From Sphyrna mokarran (lineage: Eukaryota), in NCBI GenBank assembly GCA_024679065.1, contig JAGIQG010000009.1, forward strand, positions 107,446,001-107,510,000: 64,000 nucleotides of DNA. Direction: 5' to 3'. Both the position numbers and the translations under genes were made by a program. Within the stretch, counting starts at the first letter, position 1, and each line of letters starts with the position of its first letter. The notes beneath the pieces were generated by a model, which ran no database searches, had not been told where the DNA came from, and worked only from the letters and a program-made list of their open reading frames with translations. Positions 1 through 13,600 of this stretch are shown here, one piece after another.

Positions 1-454
1 AGATATTTTTAGCATGGAATAAACTTGTATTCAATAAATATTGAATTTTCTTTCAAACAAGTCACGGCAGAATTGTCTCCGCACTCTTTGCCGGATCCAC
101 GTCGCTGTTTCATCAAAGAAGGAAACTCCGTTCACGGGGTTGGGGATGGTAGGGGGTGGAGGTCGTTACCTGCACGCCAATCCCCAAGCTCCGCCCCATA
201 CAGAAAGCAGAGGGATTGGATGTACACTTAAATCTCCAACCCGGCATATCAAAATGGCAATTTATGTGTCATTTAGTTTTTTAGCAAGATATACCTGTAC
301 AGTAAGTACAGAGTCTTCAAACTGTTCAACCTCTCAATATGTTTGTGTGGTAAAACACGCGGGTGAAGATTGTTTTTGGAGGATTTTTGTAGGAGTGGGG
401 TGGATGGGATGTCGAGGCTACAGAAACAGCAACGTATAGCTGTCTGCAATAATA

Positions 455-742
455 TTTAACGTTAACTTAGAAGTGTCACAAGTAGACTTTCATTAATACT
501 GCAATGAAGTTACTGTGAAAATCCTGCAGTCGTCACACTCCTGCGCCTATTCGGGTACACCGAGGAAGGATTTAGCATGGCCAATGTACCTATCCAGCAT
601 ATCTTTTCAAGTGTGGGAGGAAACCGGGAGAAACGCACACACGCATCAATAGAACATGCAGCTTCCGCACCTCCAAGGCTAGAATCGAACCTGCGTCTCT
701 GGCACTGTGAGACAGCAGTGCAGTCACGTCGCCACCGTGCCT
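455..742 (-). mobile_element. tRNA-derived shark SINE (HE1-like head, variant tail)
   Basis: Head GGCACGGTGGC...CACTGCTGTCTCACAGTGCCAGAGAC...GGTTCGATTC with Pol III A/B boxes. Related copies: ~15740-16005(+), 24455-24745(+), 25533-25805(+), 30045-30315(-), 40941-41210(+), 49881-50180(+), 62950-63220(-), 63790-64000(-). Confidence 0.8.
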
Positions 743-1386
743 CCCATACCCAGTAGCTGTCTATCGAATTTGGCTGTCCGTTGTATGAATAAGCACGAAA
801 ATTATTGGCCTCCCGGCTTCTTTTGCAACATTTTTGTTCTTCATAACAATAGATGACAGAATAACATTATCAACTTGATCAGCCAACCATACAAATTTTA
901 TTTAGATAAAAGACTTCGTTTAATGGAAAATAGCTAAGCCAACATCACCAACCCTAAACGGAACACGGACATACTCAACTACCTTCTTATCCGCAACAAC
1001 AACATGTCTGGAGGAAATCTATTCCTCAATATCTCCAGGGCAAGGTACAATAATTAGAGGATTCGTTCATTGGAAAGTGATTACGATGACAGATGCCAAA
1101 TAGTGAAGACTGTACAAAAAAAGCAACTCATCACGATTCATTACTGGTCGCGATGATTAAAATCAAAATAAAGAGTGAAAGAATAAAAATAAATCACGTG
1201 TTTATGAACTTTTGAGAATAAAATAACAGCAATATGTTGCAAAAATGCGACTCTTTGATTTACAGGAAGGGAGTACTGCACCTTGCATTTTGTACCAAAG
1301 ATCATGTTCATCGAAATCTCAACCCTGAACTCACTATTGATGTACCATTTTTCAGTCCTTTCTTTGCCGATTCCATGCCTGAGGCA

Positions 1387-1629
1387 TCATTGGCGTGCCG
1401 GGGCCCGAACCACCCCGTACACTACCGGTTCTTCCATCTGGTTTCGAGGTCTCACTGGCGCCTGATTCTTGTTCTTATCACGACTTTGCCTCACTACCGC
1501 GTACACAACCTCGTCTTCTCGTTGAGGCGGGGGTTCCACCTCATGATTGTTCGTGCGATTCCTCGGTCGCTGTGTTTTGGGTTTGGCGATGCGCAGGTCA
1601 GCATAAATAACATTGTTCGACGTGTCTCC
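1387..1629 (-). CDS. Gene A terminal cytoplasmic exon with three ITIMs
   Basis: VIYADL, VVYAVV and VVYGVV fit (I/V/L/S)xYxx(L/V); long polypyrimidine tract ending in a GAG acceptor; AATAAA on the minus strand at 897-902. Confidence 0.85.
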   Translation of the reverse strand, partial: GDTSNNVIYADLRIAKPKTQRPRNRTNNHEVEPPPQREDEVVYAVVRQSRDKNKNQAPVRPRNQMEEPVVYGVVRAPARQ

Positions 1630-4600
1630 CTCAAATGAAACAAAATTTAAGAAGAAAGAAACGGAAATGTTAACACTGCAGTTGTTCAGCATAATAGTGC
1701 CATTACTGACCTAATGTAAAAACGCAGGAAGATGTGTTGCGAAGTTGTGCTTAGAGGTTAGAAGTGCAATCACATAGAGTGGCAAGAAAAATAAAATGTA
1801 AAGGGCAAACAACAGGGTTACCAAGGCAACAGACTTTCAGGCATTTGGATCTTTTTGAACTCAGCCAATCAATTTGAATTAGGCAATTAGAAAGCAACAA
1901 CCTATTAAATTTAAATCTGATGATTTTGGCAATTTCGGACCTATCCCTTTGTGAGGGATATTGATGTGACTTCACGGGTATAAAAGAAAAGAGCAGCGGG
2001 ACAGAAGGCAGCGATCAACTGCCGCCTGCCACAGCTCAAAGCTCTCAACTCAACGCCTCATGTAGATAGTAAAGGTACCAAAGAAGATAGAAGAATAGAC
2101 AGAGAAGGCCCAGAATTTTCCAAAAGACAGAAAAGCTGGTTGCAATTTAGAGAATGACTAAAACTCTATTTTGATGATTGAGAATTGTTTTTGATGGAAC
2201 ATCATCCATTAGCATCATGTTTTATTCGGATTGTATCATTTAGCTATCCTGGTCACTGTATTTCTGATAATAAATTATTACTTGTTAATTTTAGAGACAG
2301 TGTCAGAGAGTTATTTTGATTTACCTAGTGGAGGTTGCTGAAGAGCAAGTCACACCATTTCACATTGAGTTTTTACTGATTATAGAACATACTCCTTTTT
2401 GAGTAGTTAGGTGTTAATCTCAGATCGGGATAAACCTTTGCTTTATAACAGATGTCTTTTGCTTCCGCTGTTCTCCTGACAGAGCAGGAATTCAGAAATA
2501 GCTGAAATCTGAGCAATTAATATTGAAGCGAAATTCCTTCAAGTTTTCAACTTGCAGTTAAATCGTTTAGTTGTTTTGTTGGTATTCTAACGAGGCAGAC
2601 AATGGTATTATCCTCAGTCTATTAATACAAAAATACAGCAAATGTTTCGTAAATCCTGGTACAAATTCCGTCATGTCAGATGGTGGATTTTAAATTTGAT
2701 AAAAATAATTATGGAATTAAGAATACATTCAGACGACCATGAAATCATTGTCAATTGCCTGAAAAATCTTTCTCGCTCACTCATGCCTTTTAGGGAAGAA
2801 AACCTGCCATCCTTATCCGGTCTTGTCTACATGTGACTACAGAGCCACAGTAGTGTGGTTCACACTCAACTGCCCTCAGCAAGCCACCCAGTTGTTCAAG
2901 AAGGCAGCGCACCACTAGTGATGGGCAAGCGAAGTCCATGTCCCACGAGTGAATCAAAAAAATGCTAGTGACAGAGACTGAGAATGTTTTGGAATTTTTT
3001 AGTCCATCAGTTGGTTAGCTGTGAACGGATTTCTATTGGTTACAAGTGTTGTTAAAAGTACATTGAAATCTTTGACTGTTCTTTATATATCCTAATCTCT
3101 ATTAAATGAGGCCATATATAACCACTCAGAATTTTTTTGTTAGTCAATGAGATGTTAGGGTTACTTTTATTGAAATAGAGTTTGTTGTTTCAAAACAGGA
3201 CATGCTAGCAGTGCTCCTGTCCTGCAGTATCACGCCTGGTTGGAAAATGATTGTTAGAGCTAATATTTGTTCCTGGCACCCATTGGAATCCAGCTATACA
3301 TTTCAGCTGGGTCTGGAGATTTATCCACTTACAAGGACTTTAAACAGCTTACTATGTTCTCCCTTACTACATTTACCTGATCAAACACCTTAGCTTTGTC
3401 TCCCTAATAAATTTGTCTGCTTTGTTCCTCTAAGGAAAACAGATCGAAAGTATGCTTCAAGATACTTGTCCGTGTCACGTACTTCCAGGCGTACTTTAAC
3501 TTTTTGATCTCTAATTGGCCTTTCCTTCGTTATTCATTTATTCTTTGTGAATAGATAAAATATATTGGGATTTTCCTAGATTATACTTGCCAATGTATTG
3601 CCAGTTCCTTGTTTCCCTAATAGGCATAGAAATCATAGAATCGCTACAGTGCATAAGGAGGCCATTCGACCCATTGAATCTGTACCGAAAAACAATCCCA
3701 CCCAGGACCTATCCCCACCACCCTACACATTTATCTCACTAATCTCTCTAACCTTGTCATCGCTTGACAAAAAGCATGGACCAAGTTAGCATGGTCAATC
3801 AACCTAACCCGCACATCTTTGCAGTATGGGAGGAAACCAGAGCACACAGCGGAAATTCACGCAGACACGGGTGGGGTTGGGGGGGTGGTGGTGGGTGCCG
3901 GAGGAAGATGCAGATAGCAAACTTTAAGTGACCCAAGCCAGGAATTGATCGCAGGCCTCTGGAGCTGTGAGGCAGCAGTGCTAACTATGGTGTCACAGTG
4001 TCACTCCAAGAGTGAGAAAACGCAATCCCCCACTATCAGAAATTTTGCAATCGGGTATCCCGCATTTGGGGTCATCGAATAATAATTGTGTCCAATTGTG
4101 GTCACCATAATTTACAAGAACAGAAATGATATTTGGAAGGAGATTTACTGGAATGGTTCCAGTGTTGAAAGGTTTTAGTTACAAGGTTAGATTGGAGAAT
4201 TTGGGGTCGTTCTCTTTGAAGCAATTATAACTGAAGCGTACACGAGTTGCCAGATTTAAATAAGGAGGAAATTAAAGGTTATTATTGTCAACTGAAGTTG
4301 CAAGGAATATTTAAGGTTTTAAGCAGGAGAGCAGGGAGAGGATGTGAAGCAGAACTTCCTTATTCAGCAACTGACGATGACCTGGAATTCACAACCTCTA
4401 AGGGAGATGGAGAGAAGTGAAAGCAAAACTGCTGAAAGATTTCAAAAGGAAATGGGAGAGGAACATGAAGGGAATAAACTTACAGGGTTTAAGTAGGCGA
4501 ATGGGAATGATTGGATGCCACTACAGAGAATAGGCATGGACTCTATGGGACTAATGGCTGCCTCCTTGCAGTATTGACTCTATACCTCCAAGATTACGCT

Positions 4601-7600
4601 TAAGAATACTTGCCTGATGGCGTCAGCACACCCGAAGCTCAATGGGATAACTGGTCTTGGGTGAACCATCTGCTTGATCATGGATTCACGCCATCAGGGT
4701 ATATGCATGGTGTTATGGAGATATGGCATGGTGGGATTTTGGTCGGTGCAGACTCAATGGCCGAATAGCTATGCTGAGATTTCATCCCTGACCTCCATTC
4801 GAAAGCAAAAGTCTATTAAAAATCTACATGCTTCTATAATTGTAATATGGTATATCTTCTTACCTGTGCTTCATTTCGAGTTGTTGGTGTTCGATCTGCA
4901 AAACGTTTGAGATAAACATGTTACATTTATGTGGCGAAGAAGGCACATGGAATGAATAAGTCAGTTTTTTTCCAATGAATCAAGGAATCATTCAATAATG
5001 ATACGAAGCCAAAATAAAGTTCTACAGTCAGACCTGAATCCATAACTTTCATTGCGCAAGCGCATGTACCATAATGTGAGCTTTGGGCTAACTTGTGTAC
5101 AATGCTGGAGTCCTGGAAATTTTACAATACACAGGCAACGTTTATTACTCTGGGAATACGAGTCCATATGTCAGTGTGCAATTTAAATACAATAAATAAA
5201 TAAATATTTAATTGAAACTTGCCTCAATAACAATAACCGTGAAACCATCGACTGCGGCAAAAAACGCCCTCATTTTTTTTGATAATGTTGCTTAGGAATC
5301 GTTCTTAGTTAATGTGGTCTTCATGACACCAGGCCCATAGCAATTTATTTGACTCTGAACTGCCACCTGAAATGGCTCATTACACTATTCAGATGTACCA
5401 AACCACTGCTGGAAAGTTAATAAACTGCAGACATTCACCACCGCCTTCGCAAGGACAGTTAGGATGGGCGACATGCTAGCCTTAACAGCGACAGCCACAT
5501 CCCGTGAAAGTCAATATACATAAAGAAAATAAAACATACTTGCAAGTGCATCCTGATGTTAAATATAAAGTGGTCAGTTATAACTTAATTCTTAGCTCTA
5601 AAGACATTATAGTGCTTTACAGTGCCTATCATGTTGCAAACTGGAAATAAATAAACTAGGATAAGGAATAAGGTATTCGGCCCTTCGAGCCCATTCCATA
5701 ATTCAATATGATCATGGCTGACCTTCTATCTCAATATTACTGCTTCCTTCCTACATTTCTTCATTTTCAGCTACATCCATGTGAACCGGAGCACTGATAG
5801 AGCTCTCATCAGTCTATGCCCAAGCACAGAGGATAGTTGTCAACTCATTAATTTCTGCTGATTTTGAGGGTTATCCTCAAGGTTAGCACTGCCGTCAGCT
5901 GCTGTAATGTTCAGCGATGACTGACTGCCCTCTCTCGGAAATTCCTCAATGCTATCCACATTAGAAGGTTGTGTGCTCAGGCCCCACTCTACAACTTTCA
6001 ACACAAAGTTTGATACTGCAGAAGAAGCCCTCCAGTGTCGAAAGTGTTGTAATTTGGGATGTGAGGTGAATTCAAATCGAGGATGACCTTTCCCCCCCAA
6101 GATCTTTTAATATGAATATAAACGACTAATGGTGGTAACGATCCGAGGAGTTACCACCATCACAGCCCCACCATCAAACTCACCCCCACTCCCATTCAAT
6201 CCCGTCGCCAATATTGATCACTGAAGCAAAAGCCCACGACAAAATTATCTGATTATTATCACATTCTTGTATTTGGCAGACTGCCTTGTCGACCTCCCCA
6301 CAGTACATTGTGCAATATGTAGTTCTTGGGGCTGAAGGGACGAAGGGATCTGGGGGAGGACGAGATCTGGATATTAATTTTCATGGTCAGTCTTGATCAA
6401 AATGAACGGCAGAGCAGGTTCAGCGGGCCGACTGGCCCACTTCTGCTTCCATTTTATTATTATGAAACTATTTCATTAATTGTAAGTTGCTCATCAGTTC
6501 GGGAAATGCTATTCATGGTCACATGCCATTCGGCCCAAAACGATGCAAGCTCTTTTATCCTTTGTGAAAAATGTGCAGTCGATGCTTAGTAGCACTCAGG
6601 CATCTTCACCAGAGGCTGCTTTTAAAACCCAAACATACCCGACCACTATTCGCCAGGATAAGACATATATGAATTACCTTGACCCTTGCTGCGGCTCAAG
6701 AAGATAAGAATTGCGATTAGGAGAAGCACCAATGTAATCGCCACCAACGTTGAAGGCAAAGTGATCAATTTGTGCGTTGAAGCTTCTTCCTTGTTCTCGG
6801 CCCGACCTGTGGAATATGGAAGGATTATTAATAATAACATCCTAGTTAGCTTTTCAATGAACTGAGCCACACGTTTGGCTCATTGTAAAGTCATGTTTTA
6901 AAAGGTAAATCATATGTTTTAAGAGTTTAGTTCCCTTTTCGATTACAATGATTTGTTTTATCATTGTCACATGTTTTGGGGCACAGTTAGAAGTATTTTT
7001 TGCATGCCATAGGCACAACATACTGTTCATAGGGTGCATAGTTGAAAGGAAAGAGAGTGCAGTGTATAGTGTTACAGTCATAGGTAGTGCGTAAAGAAAG
7101 ATCAGATGCTTCACTGTGTTCTGTCGAGTTACACAAGATTATATGAATAAATCTACCTGTAAGCACGTATGAGATGTCGGATCTACAATGTTATACCAAC
7201 ACGAAGCTCGCCCTAATTCAATTAAATTTGGATAGCTGAGTATGCCCCTTGGCAAAGAAGCTGTGATATACAATATAAATTCATCCACATGTAATGATTG
7301 CCCGATATAACGATGGATGAATAGATATGTGTGCATGCATATTTGCGTCCCAACTTCAAGTCAAGGTTGTATTACTTGTCGTAATCGGTTTGAAATGGAA
7401 CAGGGAATTCACATAAACTTTGACCAGTCTGGACTATCCGAATAGACATATCCACTGGTTAAAACTTAACTATGCTACTAACAATGTCCTCAGAATTTCC
7501 AGTAGGATTTTCAAATATGATTTCCCTTTCATGAATCCATATGGTCTAATCGCTTTTATATTCTCCAGCAGTTCTGCTATTTCATCCTTCATAATAGACT

Positions 7601-10600
7601 CTAGCATTTCCCTGTTCCTTGCCTTAAGCTAACGTGGTTATTTTCTCCCTCGCTCATTTTTTAAATAACAAGGTTGCATGACGGACCTTCCAATCTGTCA
7701 GGACTGTCCAGAATTTGCAGAATTTTGGTGATAACAACCAACACATACATTATTCCCATCACCAGGAACTTTGTTATCCTAGCATGTAGATTATCAGGCC
7801 CTAGGATTTTTTTGATTTTCTGCCCATTAATTGCTCTAATACTATTATTTCTATTATTGCTAATTCCCTCAAAGTCCTCTTTTGCACTACAATCTAGATT
7901 CCTTAGTAGTTCTTGAAGTTTATTTGTGTCTTCCCCCAAGGAGACAAGAACAATGTACATATTTCATTGCTCTGCTGTTTCCTTGTCCTCTATTATAAGT
8001 TCAACTCTTTCTGACTCTAAGAGACCTACATTTATCTCCATTATTCTCTTTCCTTTTATACGTTTACAGAAGCTTGAGCGACCACTTTTATGCTATCTGT
8101 AGGTTAACTTTCATACTCCATCCCCTTTAATCAAACTTTCGACTTCTTTGCTGAATATTGATTTTTTTTCTAATCTTCCAGCTTGCTATTTTTTCTAGCA
8201 AAGTTACAGGACTTCCGTTTGGATCTAGTATTATCCTTAGCGGTGGCATGTTTTGGCGACTTTCCTTGTTTTGTTTTTACACTGGAAAGCGGTATGTAAT
8301 GGCTGCAATGCATATCTTATTTCCTTAAGTATTAGCCATTGCCTCTCCCCCATCATGTTTTTAATGAAGTTCTCCGATAGCCAACTCATAGGAACAAATA
8401 GTAATAACAGAATCCCTACATGCCGAAGGAAGCCATTCGGCCCATCGAGTTTGCACAGATCAAGATTACACCCCCAGACCTGATCTGCGTAGCTCCACTT
8501 ATTTAGTCTGCTAGTCTCCGTGAAACTGAGAATCAAATTAGCATGGCCAATAAATCTAACCCGCACATCTTTCCATCTTAATGAAGAATTCTGTCATGTT
8601 AGAGAAGCTGTTCTCTAAATGACCACGCCCAAGAAAATGATTAATTAATCCATTGTCACTGTATAGGTACATATCTATTAATATACAATTCCTCGTTGCT
8701 TCCTGATTGAACATACTTGTTAAAAAAAACTCATACATACTCCAGGAATTCATATGCCACAGTATTTTTGCTAATTTGCTTTGCCCAATCAATGTGTAGA
8801 ATATTTCACATTCGCCCATGTGGTGTAGGCTTCCATCTCATTGCCCTGCTTTAATTCCCTTCAACAGTGTGGCCTGCTGAACCATCTCGGATTATAGAAT
8901 CCTACAGAAGGAGGCTATTCGGACAATCCAATCAGCACTGACCATAATCACATCCAGGCCCTCTCCTCATAACCATGCACATCCAGGCCCTCTCCTCATA
9001 ACCATGCATTTGCCCTAATTAATCTCCCTGACGCTAAAAGGACACTTATCTTGCAAGACAGGACTATGGCAGGAAGCCGAAGTTCCTAGAACAAACATGT
9101 GCAGTCATGGGGAGAATGTGCAAACTCCACACAGACAATGACCCAAGTCAGGAATCGCACCCGGGTCCCTGGCACTGTGAGGCAGCAGTGCGATCCACTA
9201 TGCCACTGTCTTGGTTCTTTAAATTGTCTTTTTAACAATTTTATGCATTTTCTGTATCCATATCTCACTGACGTAGAGAATGGGGTTCAGAAACTTATCA
9301 GCCATGATCAAATGGCGGTGTAGTTTCGACGGGTAGAATGGTCTAATTCTGCTCCTATACCTTACGGTAATATGTCCCTCTATCTCAGATGCTGCAGGGC
9401 TGCAATGGTCAACATCGAAGGGAGATAGCAAATCATGGAGGGATTTGAATACAAAAATAAAGATTTCAAAATCCTCATCAAGGGACATCAACCAAATTTA
9501 GCAAGAATAGAATGAATGGTGAATGCGGTTGTGACCAAATTAAATTAGGAACCGAAATCCATAGGTAACAAATACACGGACGAGGATTTCCGCAGCACGG
9601 AGGCTAAGGTAGAGTTAGGACGTCGGATATAAATCAGATAGGTACGCGCAATCTTCATGATGGTACAAAAAGATGGTCAGGAACCAAATAGGACGTCCAA
9701 CAAGGCACTCAAGTTCGGAAATGCCTAATCAGTTTGAAAGAATTAGCCCCAATTGAGACAGTGGACGTGAAGGTAAGTTTGTGATGGGGACAGAAAATGA
9801 TGGCATCAATCTTCCCAATGTTCCATTGCTGAAAATATCTAGTGATCCAACTGCAGCAATTAGAAGCAACTCAGTTGAATAATACAATGTGCGATGATAT
9901 GCTGCTCCCCCCAGCATACCATCCGGATGGAGAGACGGCTGGTTCGATGCCGAGGATCCCAACAGCCAAAATGCACTGCGGGGCTCTTTAACCAGGGCTG
10001 AATGGGCTACTCATTCATTATTGTACCCAATACATCCAATTGCATTGGTCCTGAGCTCCATCAGTCTCGACAACGCCAGGAACGCGTGAATCGCAGCTAC
10101 CTGAGTTGCAGATATGCACCCAAACCCCAGTGTCTTCAGAGAAAGTAATTCTAGGGTGTTGGTCCAAAAGGGTTTGGTGGTGCGCGGGACAGGAGGCACT
10201 GTGGGGTGAGGGGGTGAGGATAGGGACGGTGTTGTGTAGGGTGAATTTCAGAGAGGGAGTGGACAGGAAGTAGATGGGCGCAATTTCAATCTGAGAGGCC
10301 ATCCCAGTATATACCTTTAGTCCATTTCAGGATAAAAACCGGACTTTCAGTTCCCGCCGTTCTGCCCACTCCAAAAGCATTTTGTCCAGAAACAAAAATC
10401 AGACAGTTTCTCATGCAATTTGAACATTAACCCTTGCCCCAGGCTAATATAGAAACAACGTTAAAATAAATTCTTTAATGTAGTACAAGTTAAACAAATG
10501 ATTAATATAGAATTGGATAAATGCTCTTTAATCTTCATGGGTTTAAAATTAACATGTTCCTCATGAGTATTTTCTCAGAATTACAGAGAGGATATTGAAG

Positions 10601-13600
10601 GAATTATTAATTTGATCTGTTATTGAAATGAATAAATGTAAAGAAAGGCATCAGATAGGAACGTACCTTTAACAGTTACCCGTGTGGCCCTTCTACTTTC
10701 TTTGCCAATTTGTGTCAATTCCACTTCACAATAATATATTCCGGAATCATTCCGATTTGCCTCCATGACTGTAATATGGCCGCCGTTTGAAGATTGTCCT
10801 TATATCAGCAAAACTCGGCCTACAAATCCTTCAGATGTGTTCGTAATCAAACTCTTTTCACAACCTGATGCTTGCTTGTACCAGTGGAATGCAAAATCTG
10901 ATGTCATGTTTGACGCAGTAAATGTACAGGAGATTTGAAATTCCTCTCCTTCTATTACTTCGATTGTCTCTGGGCTTTGAGTTACGTTGACATCGGCAAT
11001 AGCAGCAGCTGTAATACAGAAACTCCAGTTATACTTGTTAGACAATGCTGCTCCTGTCCTCAAACTACTGTCCTGTCACCTTGCCAAGAATTCATCTGGG
11101 CTAATGGCAAATTCAAACAAAGAACTCACATCCCTAGAACTTCAGCAGGAAGATGACCGTTGAATTTTCTGCCATGAACCATTTTGTTGCTTTATTTCTA
11201 GCGACTAGGGGAATTTCACAGTTGTTTCATTGCAGTGTTAATGTAGTTGTGAGTGATAAATAAATAAAATTTAATAAGCTGCTGGGAGTAAATGATCCAT
11301 CTCCAGCTTGTGCCTGATGTTCATGAAATCGGAGATTTTGCTTCAAGTTACATAACAAAAAGTTGTTGAAAGCATTGAATATAGAATAACATGTGGGACC
11401 TTAATGAAATTCCACAATCTACCGAAGCCAACTCATAGGAACGATTGAAATCATAGAATCGCTACATTGCAGATGGAAGCCATTTGGCTCATCAAATTTT
11501 CATCGGCCACAATTGCACCCAGCCGCTGTCTGCGTAGCTCCACTTATTTAGCCTGCCAGTCCCTCTGAAACTGAGAGTCAATTTAACAAGGCCAATCAAT
11601 CTAATCAACACATCTTTGCATTTTAATAAAGAATTGTGTTACTCACGCTGTTCCCTAAATGACCACGCACAAGAAAATGATAAATTCACCCCATTGTCAC
11701 CTATAATTACAAATCTATGATGACACGTTTCCTCATTGCTTCCCATACTGGTTAAAAAAAACCGTACTCCAGGAATTCATATGCTACAGTACAGTTGCTA
11801 ATTTGCTTTGCCCAATCAATGTGTAGATTATTTTACATTCATCATGTGGTATAGGCTTCCATCACATTGCCCTTCTCTAATTGCCCTTCAACAGCGTGGC
11901 CTGCTGAACCATTTAGAATCAGAGAATCCTGATTAGTGGCCATTCGGACCACTAATCTTCACTGATCATAATGCCACCCAGGCTGCCTCCCCATAAACCA
12001 TGCATTTGCTCCAACTAGACTCCCTGACACCAAAAGGAAATTTACCATGGCTAATCCATCTAATCTGCATGAGAGGACAATTCCAGTAAACCGGAGCACT
12101 CGGAGGAAAGCCGTGCAGGCAGGGAGAATGAGCAAACTCCACACAGATAGTGAATCAAGCCGGGAATTGAGCCCAGGTCCCTGGCGCTGTGAGGCAGCAG
12201 TGCTCACCACTGTGCCACCATCGTGTTCCTTTAAACTTATCTTTTTAACAATTTTATACATTTTCTGTACCTGTATCTCATGGATTTAGATAATGAAGTT
12301 TAGAAACCTATCAGCCGTGATAAAATGGCCGAATGGTCTAATTCTGCTCCGACACCTTACGGTAATGTGGCCCTCTACATCAGGTGCTGCAGGGCCGCAA
12401 TGGTCAACATCGATAGGGGGGTAGTAAACCATAGAGGAATTTGGATACAAGAATGAAGGTCTCAAAATCCTCATCCAGGGCCGTCAATCAAATTTAGCAA
12501 AAATAGAATGATAAATGCGGTTTTATCATTAATAATAAAGGCGAATGCGGTTGTGAGCAAGTTAAGTTAAAAAACGAAATATGTAGATAACAAATGCATA
12601 GAGAAGGATTTCGCAGCATGTGCAAAAATAGTGTTAGGGCGTGGGATATAAGTCAAATGGATACGCATAATCTTCAAGATGATACGAAAAGATGGTCAGA
12701 AACCAAAAATGAGATCCAACAAGGCACCTAAGTTGTGAAGTGTCTGATTCACTTTGAGCGAATCACCACCCCTCCCCCCGCCCCCCACCACAACTGAGAC
12801 AGTGGACATGAAGGTGAGTTCGTGACGGGGACAGAAAACGATGGCATCAACTTTTCATCGAAAATGTCTGGTCACCCAATTCCACTAATTACAACCAACT
12901 CAGTTGAATAATATAATGTGCGATGTCAGGCTGCTCCCAACCGCACATCACCTGGATGGAAAAACGACTGGTTCCACACTGACCATCCCAACAGCCATAA
13001 TGCACTGCGAGGCTCTTTAGTCAGGGCTGAGTGGGCTACCCATTCATCATTACATCCAATTGCATTGGCCCTGAGCTCTATCAGTCTCGACAACGCCAGG
13101 AACGCGTGAATCGCAGCTACTTTAGATAGGCACGCAAATACCAGTGTCTTCGGAGAACTAATTCTAGGGTCTTGGTCCAAAAGGTTTTGGTGGCGGTCGG
13201 CACTGTGGGGTGTGGGAGGAGGGTGTGGGGTGTGGTGGGGGATACTGTGTAGAGTGAATTTCAGAGGGGGAGCGGGTAGTAAGAAGATGGGCGCAATTTC
13301 AATCTGGAAGGCCGCCCCAATATATACGTTTAGCCTATTTCAGCGTAAAAACCGAACTTTCGGTTCCCGTCCTTCTGCCCACGCCAAACGCATTAAGTCC
13401 AGAAACAAAAATCAGACAGTCTCATATGCAGTTTGCACATTTAACTCTATTCCCTAGGCTAATATAGAAATAACTTTAAAATATATGTTTTAATTGAGTA
13501 CAAGTTAAACAAGTAATTAATATAGAATTCGATGAATGAACATTAATTTCCATGGATTCAAAATGAATACGTTCCTCATGACGATTAACTCAGAATTACA

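Noticed and set aside
41-439. 132-aa ORF at the window start
   Set aside because: The paralog at 63329-63769 is broken into different frames and there is no recognisable domain.
12918-13457. Recurrent ORFs downstream of each V exon (VAAIHAFLALSRL...) as a second domain
   Set aside because: Frames and stops differ among the four copies, there are no Ig motifs, and they adjoin L2 debris; this is duplicated intron sequence.
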